From: an uncultured Actinomycetes bacterium
GTDB taxonomy: Bacteria; Actinomycetota; Acidimicrobiia; Acidimicrobiales; RAAP-2
Assembly (NCBI GenBank): GCA_903918025.1
Contig: CAIXCS010000036.1
Coordinates: 1-51,416, forward strand
DNA length: 51,416 bases
Direction: 5' to 3'
Made by a program: the position numbers and the translations under genes. Every line of letters begins with the position of its first letter. Position 1 is the stretch's first letter. This document shows, piece by piece, positions 9,703 through 17,305 of the stretch. The notes beneath the pieces are model-generated. The model saw only the letters and a program-made list of their open reading frames with translations, had not been told where the DNA came from and did not search any database.

Positions 9703-10125
9703 GTGTCCGAATCCACCGCCAAAGCAACCATTGCGTCATTTTTCGATGCACTCTACGAACGTGACTTCGAGAAGGTCGCGTCGTTCTTTGGGCCTGAGTC
9801 GACGTACACCGATGTCGGAACTCCTGCAGAGGACCTTGCGGTTGGACCCGAGCAGGTCATCGCTCGACTGCAGCTCGGCATCGCGCAACTCGAGCACTAC
9901 GGCCATACTCCCGTGCTCATGATTGCTGAAGGCAATGTTGTCGTGACTGAACACATCGAGAACTGGACGTGGAGTACCGGTGAAACAATTTCGTTTCCCT
10001 TCACGTCCGTCCATGAAGTCGACAATGGCGTCATTGTTCGTTGGACCGACTACTGGGACCTCGCAACGCTCCTGAATGCGGCTCCCGGATGGTGGATTGA
10101 GTCCATTGCTGCTGGCTACCTGTAG
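9703..10125 (+). CDS. SnoaL/NTF2-like protein (limonene-1,2-epoxide-hydrolase-like fold)
   Basis: This 140-aa protein has TIASFFDALYERDFEKVASFF...VVTEHIENW...DNGVIVRWTDYWD, a typical NTF2-like pattern. It has a GTG start with gaggag 7 nt upstream. Confidence 0.6.
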   Translation: MSESTAKATIASFFDALYERDFEKVASFFGPESTYTDVGTPAEDLAVGPEQVIARLQLGIAQLEHYGHTPVLMIAEGNVVVTEHIENWTWSTGETISFPFTSVHEVDNGVIVRWTDYWDLATLLNAAPGWWIESIAAGYL

Positions 10126-10268
10126 AAGGCAACCTGAACATTCTTGAGGTCATTGCCACCGACCCTGCCCAGTGAACGTGGATCTGGGGTACGGTGGCCT
10201 TACCGACAAGCCCAGACTTCGCCTCTGCCGACACGGACACCTGTCCGTACTGAGCAAGGAGATGTCCT

Positions 10269-10544
10269 ATGGGACTACCAGGAATGGTCTTAAGCGCTGT
10301 TGCAGCGGTTGTCGGAGCAATCATGTACTGGGGAGTTGCTACCCAGACCTACACACAGGCCCACGGCATTCGGGTGTCGACCATTGGTGTGATCTTGATG
10401 GTTGCCGGTGGAGTTGGGTTCCTAGCGTCAGCAATTGTGTACGGGACCTCACAGAGGTCACCATCAACGCCAAGTCAGACGATTGACCGCAGCACCAAAG
10501 ATGAAGCTGGCGCCACCACTGAAGTCCATGAGCGGAGGAGTTAG
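10269..10544 (+). CDS. Small two-TM membrane protein
   Basis: There is a strong SD (aaggag) 7 nt upstream of the ATG, and two hydrophobic helices (VLSAVAAVVGAIMYWGV; IGVILMVAGGVGFLASAIVYG). Confidence 0.6.
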   Translation: MGLPGMVLSAVAAVVGAIMYWGVATQTYTQAHGIRVSTIGVILMVAGGVGFLASAIVYGTSQRSPSTPSQTIDRSTKDEAGATTEVHERRS

Positions 10545-10547
10545 TTC

Positions 10548-10703
10548 ATGATTGCTCTCGGTGTCATTTTGATGTTGATCGGCCTCGTTGCTGGGATTCC
10601 AATCCTCTGGACGATCGGTCTGATCTTGTTGGTGGTCGGCGTCATCTTGTTGATTCTTGGATCGACGGGACGGGCCGTTGGCGGTCGGCGTCACTACTAC
10701 TAA
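10548..10703 (+). CDS. 51-aa two-TM hydrophobic peptide (below the ORF-track cutoff)
   Basis: My own translation gives MIALGVILMLIGLVAGIPILWTIGLILLVVGVILLILGSTGRAVGGRRHYY*. The ATG lies 3 nt after the previous stop, with ggaggag upstream. Confidence 0.5.
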   Translation: MIALGVILMLIGLVAGIPILWTIGLILLVVGVILLILGSTGRAVGGRRHYY

Positions 10704-10838
10704 CGCCCTCCCCACGAACAACCGCATGACCAATTCAGTTGTTGTTGTGGCAAGGCAATTCCTCCGCGAGAACGATTGATCCTCTTCGCTACGCGCGTGA
10801 TGCGTGGTTGAGCAAACAAAGCAAGGAAAGGAAACAAC

Positions 10839-11063
10839 ATGGGAGCAACAGGAGACCAGGTAAAGGGACAGGGCAAAGAAGCCGCTGGCTCGATGCTCGG
10901 CAACGAGAAACTCGAAGCCGAGGGTCGCCACGACCGACAAGTTGGCGAAGCAGAAGCCAAGGTTGACAAGGTCGAGCACAAGGCTGACGAGTTGATGGTC
11001 CGTGCGAAGGCCGAAGTAGAGAAACTCGCCGACAAGGTGAAGGAATCCCTGCATCGAAAGTAG
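10839..11063 (+). CDS. CsbD-family general stress protein
   Basis: MGATGDQVKGQGKEAAGSMLGNEKLEAEGRHDRQVGEAEAKV is the characteristic CsbD motif, at the typical length of 74 aa. Confidence 0.85.
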   Translation: MGATGDQVKGQGKEAAGSMLGNEKLEAEGRHDRQVGEAEAKVDKVEHKADELMVRAKAEVEKLADKVKESLHRK

Positions 11064-11126
11064 GAATTGACAGCTTCAAGATCTCGAGTTGACCTCACGT
11101 CAACTGAGTAAGCACAGCGGAGTTAC

Positions 11127-11175
11127 CCCCGCTCCTTTCGTTAGCCCGTTCATCGGACTCACGAAAGGGGCGGGG
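11127..11175. terminator. Long imperfect hairpin between convergent genes (candidate bidirectional terminator)
   Basis: ccccgctcctttcg (11127-11140) pairs with cgaaaggggcgggg (11162-11175) at 13 of 14 positions, with a 21-nt loop. The right arm overlaps the last codons of the minus-strand small ORF. A smaller 7-bp hairpin lies at 11087-11105. Confidence 0.35.
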
Positions 11176-11398
11176 ATTCCTTCGAACGGGTGGCAGGTCC
11201 TTCGGTGTCAACGAGTGCGTCGTCGTCTTCAGCTTCGATTGATTTGTTCGTGAGCTCGATTGGAGTGGTCGGCGACGTCTCGAGTGGATCGAGGGTGTCG
11301 AGACTCCTCACGAGTTCACCGTGAGCCCGAAGGAGGTCAATCGCCAAGATCGCCAACAAGACCGTGGCAACAAAGAGTGCTCCAGCAACCGCGTCCAT
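11159..11398 (-). CDS. 79-aa single-TM protein, last gene of the mau-like operon
   Basis: It is hidden in the C-terminal part of track ORF 11159..11794(-). The ATG at 11398 lies 1 nt after the MauE-like stop. The sequence MDAVAGALFVATVLLAILAIDLLRAHGELVRSLDTLD... resembles the TM anchor plus following helix of the MauD-like protein at 14023-14781, but no thioredoxin domain follows. Confidence 0.45.
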   Translation of the reverse strand: MDAVAGALFVATVLLAILAIDLLRAHGELVRSLDTLDPLETSPTTPIELTNKSIEAEDDDALVDTEGPATRSKESPPLS

Positions 11399-11399
11399 G

Positions 11400-11903
11400 T
11401 CAGTCCATCCGACCTGGAGGATCGAGGACGAGAACGAAGAACCATGCGCCAAGAAGCACAACGGCGGAGAAGATGAGACCCAAGAAGAGGGACCGATGGA
11501 GAAGCGTCCCCAACGATGGACTTTCAAGCCCAAGGGCGATGGCACAGCCAATGGCCACCACGAGGTCAACCACAATCTGTCGGATCGACGGTGGTGACCC
11601 ATCTTGTCCAAAGCAGCCACATGAAGCGACCTCTGGCGAACGCCGGGCGGCAGCCAAGAAGATCGCGAAGGCAAGATACGAGAGGAGGACGAGCGACGTC
11701 GCCCAAGCAGAGCCCGTGGTAATGCTCCAGATACCGAGCACCGCTTCAAACCCTGCGCCAACGCGCACCAATGCGTTCGATGACGGCAGTCCAATGGCCT
11801 TCATCGCCGCAACTGCTGGACTCGGTTGGAACACCTTGAGCATTCCGGCGCCGATGAGCAGCACCGCCGCGACAACAGGAAAGACCATGAAGAACTCGCT
11901 CAC
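11400..11903 (-). CDS. MauE/DoxX-family redox-associated membrane protein
   Basis: It has four hydrophobic helices and the diagnostic SCGCFG motif after TM3 (AARRSPEVASCGCFGQDGSP), as in MauE (DCGCF). Its start abuts the upstream gene's stop. Confidence 0.7.
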   Translation of the reverse strand: MSEFFMVFPVVAAVLLIGAGMLKVFQPSPAVAAMKAIGLPSSNALVRVGAGFEAVLGIWSITTGSAWATSLVLLSYLAFAIFLAAARRSPEVASCGCFGQDGSPPSIRQIVVDLVVAIGCAIALGLESPSLGTLLHRSLFLGLIFSAVVLLGAWFFVLVLDPPGRMD

Positions 11904-13550
11904 CTAGGACTGCACCACGCCGGTCGGTGTTCCAGTGAGGACACCATGCTCAAAGTTGACATGGGTCACGCCAACACCATCGTTGATGGTCGTCGTCGTC
12001 GGAAGGCCCAAAGCTCCAGTTGGACCACCAGCAGTGAGATAGGCAGCGAGCAGTGGGCCGACGAGGCTGCATGCATGACCGAGCGAACTGTCGTAGATCC
12101 TTCCTTTGGTGCAGATCAACTCGGTATAGGGGGTTGCGCCTGCCACACCGGTCGTTGGCGAGGTAGTCGGCAGCCCTGCGGATCCGCCCAAACCTTGATC
12201 CATGAAGAACGCACGGGCGATGTCGGCGTGAAGAACAACAGTGGCATCGTACGAGGTGACAATGATGCCAAGTGAGTTTGGAACGATTCCGGAACCATTG
12301 ACCAAGGAGAATTGTTGGAACGAGCCAACGCCTCCAACCGCTGCCACTGCAGTGGCGACTGGATAGCCAACAGCGTTCACCCCTCCAGCTGAGGTCCAGG
12401 CGGTGAAGATGCTGGCGGTGACCGCCCAACCACCGGTGGCGCTACTCGTCACCACTGCAGCGGTCGCAAGAACGGTGCTGCCGCTGTACTTCGCGAATGG
12501 CGTGATGGTGCCAAAGCCATCCGAGCTCGCTGTCGTCGTGGCAGTCGGATACCCAATGCCGATCTCTGCTCCATTTGCGCTCCATGGAGCAATTGCGGCA
12601 CCAATCACGCCATGCACCCCAGCAACTGGATGCGCAACCACGATGGCGCTTGGCGTTGCGACACCATTCGAAACGGTGGCAAATCCTTGACGCCAACCCA
12701 CCTTGTCGACGACGGGATGCCCATCATCACTTGGATATCCCATCGATCCACTTGAAATCATGCCGGCAAAGTTCGTCCAAACCTTTGGCGGCACCGAGTG
12801 AACTCCGAGCCGCGGAATCTCAAAGATCGCTCCATTGGCATACTGCTGCCAGTGGCCTGACAAGGCGGTAATCGTCTGGAGCTTTCCAACCGGTGCGCCA
12901 AGAAGACCACCCTGACCTCCGAGATCTGACCACTTGTTGGTGATGGCACTGGGATTTGGCCCCGGCAGACACGGTGCAGAGTGGGTCACCGTCCGTTGAT
13001 CAGTAAACGAGGTCGTCAAACACTTCGGATCGAACTGCCAAGGTGGCGTGCAGGTGACGAGTCGGCAGACGACCGGGCTCTTGTGCACGTCAATCGCGAT
13101 GTCGGTGTGGCAATTTCCATATCGAAACTGCACGCACGAGACATGTCGCTTGTCACAGCTCGCGGTACTTGGGCAGTGGCAGTGCCACTCGGTTTGGGGC
13201 AGGCCATTGCAATCGACGTAGTACCGAGCCTTTCCACCGCAGAACGATGCCCGGTCAGCCTTCCACCAGCCAGCAATGAACGTTCCTGTCGGACAGAAGT
13301 TGGCCCCTGCATTGATCGTGCAGCAGAACGCGGTGTACCCATCGTGACAATTTGACGCTTGCCCGCAGATCGATTGGTAGGCGGTGCGGGGCTCGAGCGC
13401 GAATTCCTTCGGAGCGACCGCGACCGCTGAGCCGAAGAGGGCAGTGCGGACGAGGAAACTCCGCCGATTCCATACGGGGCCACCAAGCAGCCCGGCGAGA
13501 CGCTCAACGAGGGGCTTGGTTACGGATGACATGGTCGATGAGGTGCTCAT
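11904..13550 (-). CDS. Tat-exported Cys-rich (methylamine-dehydrogenase-light-chain-like) domain fused to LGFP repeats
   Basis: It has a twin-arginine signal (NRRSFLVRTALFGSAVAVAP). About 16 Cys lie within roughly 150 aa (CGQASNCHDGYTAFCCTINAGANFCPTGTFIAGWWKADRASFCGGKARYYVDCNG...). About six LGFP-like repeats follow (LLGAPVGK...ANGAIF; MGYPSDD; IGYPTAT; VGYPVAT; AGLPTTS; LGLPTTT). Confidence 0.6.
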   Translation of the reverse strand: MSTSSTMSSVTKPLVERLAGLLGGPVWNRRSFLVRTALFGSAVAVAPKEFALEPRTAYQSICGQASNCHDGYTAFCCTINAGANFCPTGTFIAGWWKADRASFCGGKARYYVDCNGLPQTEWHCHCPSTASCDKRHVSCVQFRYGNCHTDIAIDVHKSPVVCRLVTCTPPWQFDPKCLTTSFTDQRTVTHSAPCLPGPNPSAITNKWSDLGGQGGLLGAPVGKLQTITALSGHWQQYANGAIFEIPRLGVHSVPPKVWTNFAGMISSGSMGYPSDDGHPVVDKVGWRQGFATVSNGVATPSAIVVAHPVAGVHGVIGAAIAPWSANGAEIGIGYPTATTTASSDGFGTITPFAKYSGSTVLATAAVVTSSATGGWAVTASIFTAWTSAGGVNAVGYPVATAVAAVGGVGSFQQFSLVNGSGIVPNSLGIIVTSYDATVVLHADIARAFFMDQGLGGSAGLPTTSPTTGVAGATPYTELICTKGRIYDSSLGHACSLVGPLLAAYLTAGGPTGALGLPTTTTINDGVGVTHVNFEHGVLTGTPTGVVQS

Positions 13551-14026
13551 GCAATCACCCCCTCACGCGTCAACACAATCGATGGCAGGAGTGCGTTGAC
13601 CATTGGCACCTTTGTCGAGAGTGCAACCCTGCCTCCGAGGACCACGTAGAGGACAATTCCACGGCCTGCAACGGTGCAAAAGTGCTGAGACCCGAGTTGG
13701 CCGGGGAGCATTCGCTGAAGTTGACGGGCAGAAAATCCCGAACGAGCAAGCCGTCGAGGTAGCCCACTTTGAGCAAACAGGGTCGTGTTGGCGGCATCTG
13801 GACCAAAGTCCAAGACGGCAACGAAGACGTCATCAGGCCGCATGCGTTCAACTGCGCCACCGCCATAGTGCGCACGGACAGGCGGCAGTGGGAATGAAGC
13901 CAAGTGAAGATAGGGATGGTGCTGCTCTTCAACATGGTCGCCTGGTTGCGGCGCCATACGACTGATCCATGCCTCCCAACCTCGCGGGACGTCGACACTG
14001 ATCCCGAGTGCTCGGTGAATGGTCAT
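13547..14026 (-). CDS. Hypothetical 159-aa protein (no signal peptide or TM), embedded in the mau-like operon
   Basis: It has 4-nt start/stop overlaps with both neighbours. I recognise no motif. Confidence 0.5.
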   Translation of the reverse strand: MTIHRALGISVDVPRGWEAWISRMAPQPGDHVEEQHHPYLHLASFPLPPVRAHYGGGAVERMRPDDVFVAVLDFGPDAANTTLFAQSGLPRRLARSGFSARQLQRMLPGQLGSQHFCTVAGRGIVLYVVLGGRVALSTKVPMVNALLPSIVLTREGVIA

Positions 14027-14781
14027 GAAGGTTCCCCACGCAACGTCACTTCCGTCACCGGAGTTGGATAGAGCGATGGGTCACCGGGGAGAATCCCCGC
14101 ATTGAGGAGAAGTAGGTCAACCTCATTTTCTCGTTCACGATCGCTTCTCGGCTTCGCGAGATCGCGACCCACTCCAGCCGCAACCGTGCCGTCCCCACTC
14201 GAGGTTGCAACCAGCGCAAGAACCTGCGTCCACGTGAGCGCAGTTCCCTCGCCGACCACACGCCCAGTCGCACCCTCGACGTAGGCAAAATACGGAGATC
14301 CTGGCGTCGAAAATGCATCCCAGATCTCCGTTGACATGAGGACGTCAACATCGCTCGGCGCAAGATCCGCAATCGCTGCGGGACTTTCGTCGGTTGCGCC
14401 GCGAGTTACCACCACAAGTCGGAGGTACTCCGGAAGTAGCGGCAGTTTTGCTTCCCGCAAATCCGCCCAGAGCGATCCACAACTGGTGCAGCCGCTTGAG
14501 AGGAAGGCAACGAGGAGGTCATGATCGACTCCAGCTGACGGGAGAACCACCTCGTCTCCAAATGGTGTCTGTCCGACAAGCCGAGCAATAGTGACGCCGC
14601 TTTCACTGAGCCCACTCGCAGGTGAGAGAGCGAAAGCATCCGGACGGATGCTCTGTTGTGGAGCACGACCTTCTACTCTCCGCACTCGTTCGGCAAGTCC
14701 GGAGTAGCTGGCGAGGAGTCCTGCCACAAGAAACCCAAGACCAAGAAGCACGACGGCTTCAATGACCACAACGACCCTCAT
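14023..14781 (-). CDS. Membrane-anchored thioredoxin-fold protein (MauD/TlpA-like, CxxC)
   Basis: I chose the internal ATG at 14781 (MRVVVVIEAVVLLGLGFLVAGLL), which forms an ATGA overlap with the upstream stop at 14778. An N-terminal TM is followed by LLVAFLSSGCTSCGSLW (CxxC in a redoxin context). The track ORF extends to 14967 through an Arg-rich leader that overlaps the upstream gene. Confidence 0.65.
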   Translation of the reverse strand: MRVVVVIEAVVLLGLGFLVAGLLASYSGLAERVRRVEGRAPQQSIRPDAFALSPASGLSESGVTIARLVGQTPFGDEVVLPSAGVDHDLLVAFLSSGCTSCGSLWADLREAKLPLLPEYLRLVVVTRGATDESPAAIADLAPSDVDVLMSTEIWDAFSTPGSPYFAYVEGATGRVVGEGTALTWTQVLALVATSSGDGTVAAGVGRDLAKPRSDRERENEVDLLLLNAGILPGDPSLYPTPVTEVTLRGEPS

Positions 14782-15572
14782 GCGCGAACGAGGTCGTGGT
14801 CCTCGACCTTTCGTGACCGTCGAAGGTGCAGCATCGTGCCCGCTCCCACGACGAGGGCAGCGAGTGCGCCGACTAGTCCGAACACGGCACCAGCTCCAAC
14901 TATCAAGACGAGTGACTCCGCAGCGAGACAGCATTGTTCGCTTGCCTGCTCGTGGTCGTCGAGCCATGCATGGACGGCAAGCAATTGCGTTGGTGAGGTC
15001 ACTCGACTACTGAGCAAGATTCCAGCCCCTCGGGCGGTGCCAAACAAGAGGCAGAGCGCGAATGCCGCTATGGGTGAACCAGAGGAAACCGCGATCGCCA
15101 CGAGGAGGTAATTTGCGGCAGTCATCACATACGTCGTGAACCCAGCGCCGATCTGCCAACCAAATCCTGCTGCGTAGACAATGGGTCGATACCGGTCGAC
15201 CCATTGTTCATTTACCTGTCTCGGAATGACTGGGAGTCGAATGCCCCGAACATGACCATCGGTGAGAACTGCAACGAGTGCAACAAGTCCCGAGACCCAC
15301 AGCATGAACATTGTGCCCAACCCGAGCGCATGGACGACAACGGCACCAAGGGCACAGAGCGATCCAAGTGATGCTCCGCCGACGACACTCCCGAGCGTGA
15401 ACCACGTCGCGGTGACCGAAAAAGAGTGCCCGCGCAACTTCTCTGCGAGCGGCGTGATCGTCGAAAGCATTGAGAGTCCACACGGAGACCACATGCCACG
15501 AGCGGCGGCGACAAGCGCCAACACAATTGCTGCACCTCTGAGCATCGATACCTTCCGTAAGCAGCGAATCAA
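14778..15572 (-). CDS. Polytopic membrane protein, possibly a DsbD/CcdA-superfamily (MauF-like) thiol-disulfide transporter
   Basis: It has about 6 TM helices, a Cys in TM1 (GMWSPCGLSMLSTITP) and a central GFGWQIGAGFTTYVMT segment. It is the first gene of the coupled operon. The start could instead be M10 (15545). The family call is tentative. Confidence 0.4.
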   Translation of the reverse strand: MIRCLRKVSMLRGAAIVLALVAAARGMWSPCGLSMLSTITPLAEKLRGHSFSVTATWFTLGSVVGGASLGSLCALGAVVVHALGLGTMFMLWVSGLVALVAVLTDGHVRGIRLPVIPRQVNEQWVDRYRPIVYAAGFGWQIGAGFTTYVMTAANYLLVAIAVSSGSPIAAFALCLLFGTARGAGILLSSRVTSPTQLLAVHAWLDDHEQASEQCCLAAESLVLIVGAGAVFGLVGALAALVVGAGTMLHLRRSRKVEDHDLVRA

Positions 15573-15762
15573 GGGAACGATTCACCCATTGCGCTCTCCG
15601 CCTCGTCGACGTCAAGTGTCCCCAATCTATGGTTGAACGCCACCTTGCTTGGACCAGACCCATCAGATCAAGGGGAAAGTACCGATTGCGCAACTTCCCA
15701 ATTGAGGAACGAAGGATCGAGCGCGTGAGTACGATGCATTCATCCCAGGACAAGGAGTTCCC

Positions 15763-17004
15763 ATGCGTCGCTCATTGAGCACAGGAGTTGCAGCGCTAAC
15801 CCTCTTCGGCATCACCGCAATCCCCTCGGTTGCCGGCGCGGCAAAGTCCATCAAGGCACCGCCAACCATTGTGGTGAAGGGCACTACCTTCGTGAAGGCG
15901 AACACGGCGACCAATGCGAGCTTCAAAGGAGCTGGTCCCTACCACGTCGGCATCACGACCTTCGATCTGGTCGTTCCACCGACGACCTTGACTCCCGCTG
16001 GCTACACAACCAAGGTCGACTGTTGGTATCCAACCTTGGCGATTGGCACGCCATCGATCTACAACATGTCGCAGTGGCTTCCTGCCCCCATTGCCTTCAT
16101 CGTCAATTCCAATCCTGCAGCCAAGACCATTGCTACCTATTCAACCGGTGGCATCGCCAAGGCACCGGTCGCTCCTGGAAAGTTCCCGCTCGTGCTCTTT
16201 AGTCACGGCTACGGCGGCTTCAGAGATCAGTCAGCCGCCATCACATCGCACCTCGCCGGATGGGGTTTTGCCGTGTGTGCACCCGATCACGTTGGTCGGG
16301 GCTTGACTGCCCAGCTCGACCCAACAGTAAGCCTCACTCCTCCAACAACTGATCCGAACGCGGACGTGAATGACCTCATCGCTCTTCGGACCTACCTCCT
16401 TGGTAATAACGTCGCACTCCTCAAGAACCATGTCGACACCACGCGAGTGATTGCTCTAGGCCACAGTGCCGGAGGCTCTGCTGCCGAGCGCCTCGCCTCG
16501 TATGCAACCTCGCTCGGGGCGAGCGGTTCGTGGCTCAAGGGTTGGATTGGGATGGCAGGCATGTCGAAGCTCGACTGGAGTCAAGCAATTGCCCCCTACA
16601 ACCAAGTTCCAACCCAACCTGGGTATGTCTTGTCCGGGTCAAATGACATGACCGTCCCAACGGCGACCCTGGTGACCGCGTTCGCCGGTCTTACTGCTCC
16701 GAGTCATATGACCGTGTTGAGCGATGCAGGGCACAATGTCTTCAGTGACATTTGTGTTATCGGTGCCGGTAGCGGGGGGATTCTTGCAATCGCCAAGGCG
16801 CTGAATGTGACCGTCCCGGACAACCTCGCTGCCTTGGCGACTGATGGCTGTAAGTCACCGAATCGACCAGTTCTCGACGATTTGGGAATCATTGGACAAC
16901 TCACGACCGCCGCATCAAGGGCATTCAATGGGCAGGACGTTGGCAAGGGAACCATGAGTGGACTCTCCGCTGCCTACCCTGGCCTCGTGGTGAGTTCCTC
17001 CTGA
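15763..17004 (+). CDS. Secreted alpha/beta hydrolase (PAF-acetylhydrolase / dienelactone-hydrolase-like lipase/esterase)
   Basis: It has a signal peptide (LTLFGITAIPSVAGAAKS), LVLFSHGYGGFRDQ, the nucleophile elbow GHSAGGS, and a late DAGHNVF segment (candidate catalytic His). Confidence 0.7.
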   Translation: MRRSLSTGVAALTLFGITAIPSVAGAAKSIKAPPTIVVKGTTFVKANTATNASFKGAGPYHVGITTFDLVVPPTTLTPAGYTTKVDCWYPTLAIGTPSIYNMSQWLPAPIAFIVNSNPAAKTIATYSTGGIAKAPVAPGKFPLVLFSHGYGGFRDQSAAITSHLAGWGFAVCAPDHVGRGLTAQLDPTVSLTPPTTDPNADVNDLIALRTYLLGNNVALLKNHVDTTRVIALGHSAGGSAAERLASYATSLGASGSWLKGWIGMAGMSKLDWSQAIAPYNQVPTQPGYVLSGSNDMTVPTATLVTAFAGLTAPSHMTVLSDAGHNVFSDICVIGAGSGGILAIAKALNVTVPDNLAALATDGCKSPNRPVLDDLGIIGQLTTAASRAFNGQDVGKGTMSGLSAAYPGLVVSSS

Positions 17005-17305
17005 GCCCCAGATGTTGGTGAACCAGAAGCCGAACGAGAGCTCCTTTTCTTGCGTTGATCAGGGGTCTCCGACGAATTCGCGAAGGACGCGCTTTCTGCA
17101 CGTTCGCTGAGTAAATCGGACGGTTGGGTTCAACAGGAGCGCTTTTGCCAGCCCGCGGAGCACAGATCCACATTCGTAGGTAACTTTGCAAGTGGGAATA
17201 ACCCAACATCGGCTGACGAAGTCGATGAAACGCCCGAGAACAAGGAACGCCATGCATGAGATTGACTGCTGGGACGCGCATCCAGTCGCGCCTCATGGCG
17301 GGTTC

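Noticed and set aside
14782-14967. N-terminal 62-codon extension of the MauD-like ORF (track start 14967)
   Set aside because: The extension is Arg-rich (MARRPRAGKRT...RGPRPRSR) and lies entirely inside the upstream membrane-protein gene. The internal ATG gives a canonical ATGA coupling and begins directly with the TM anchor.
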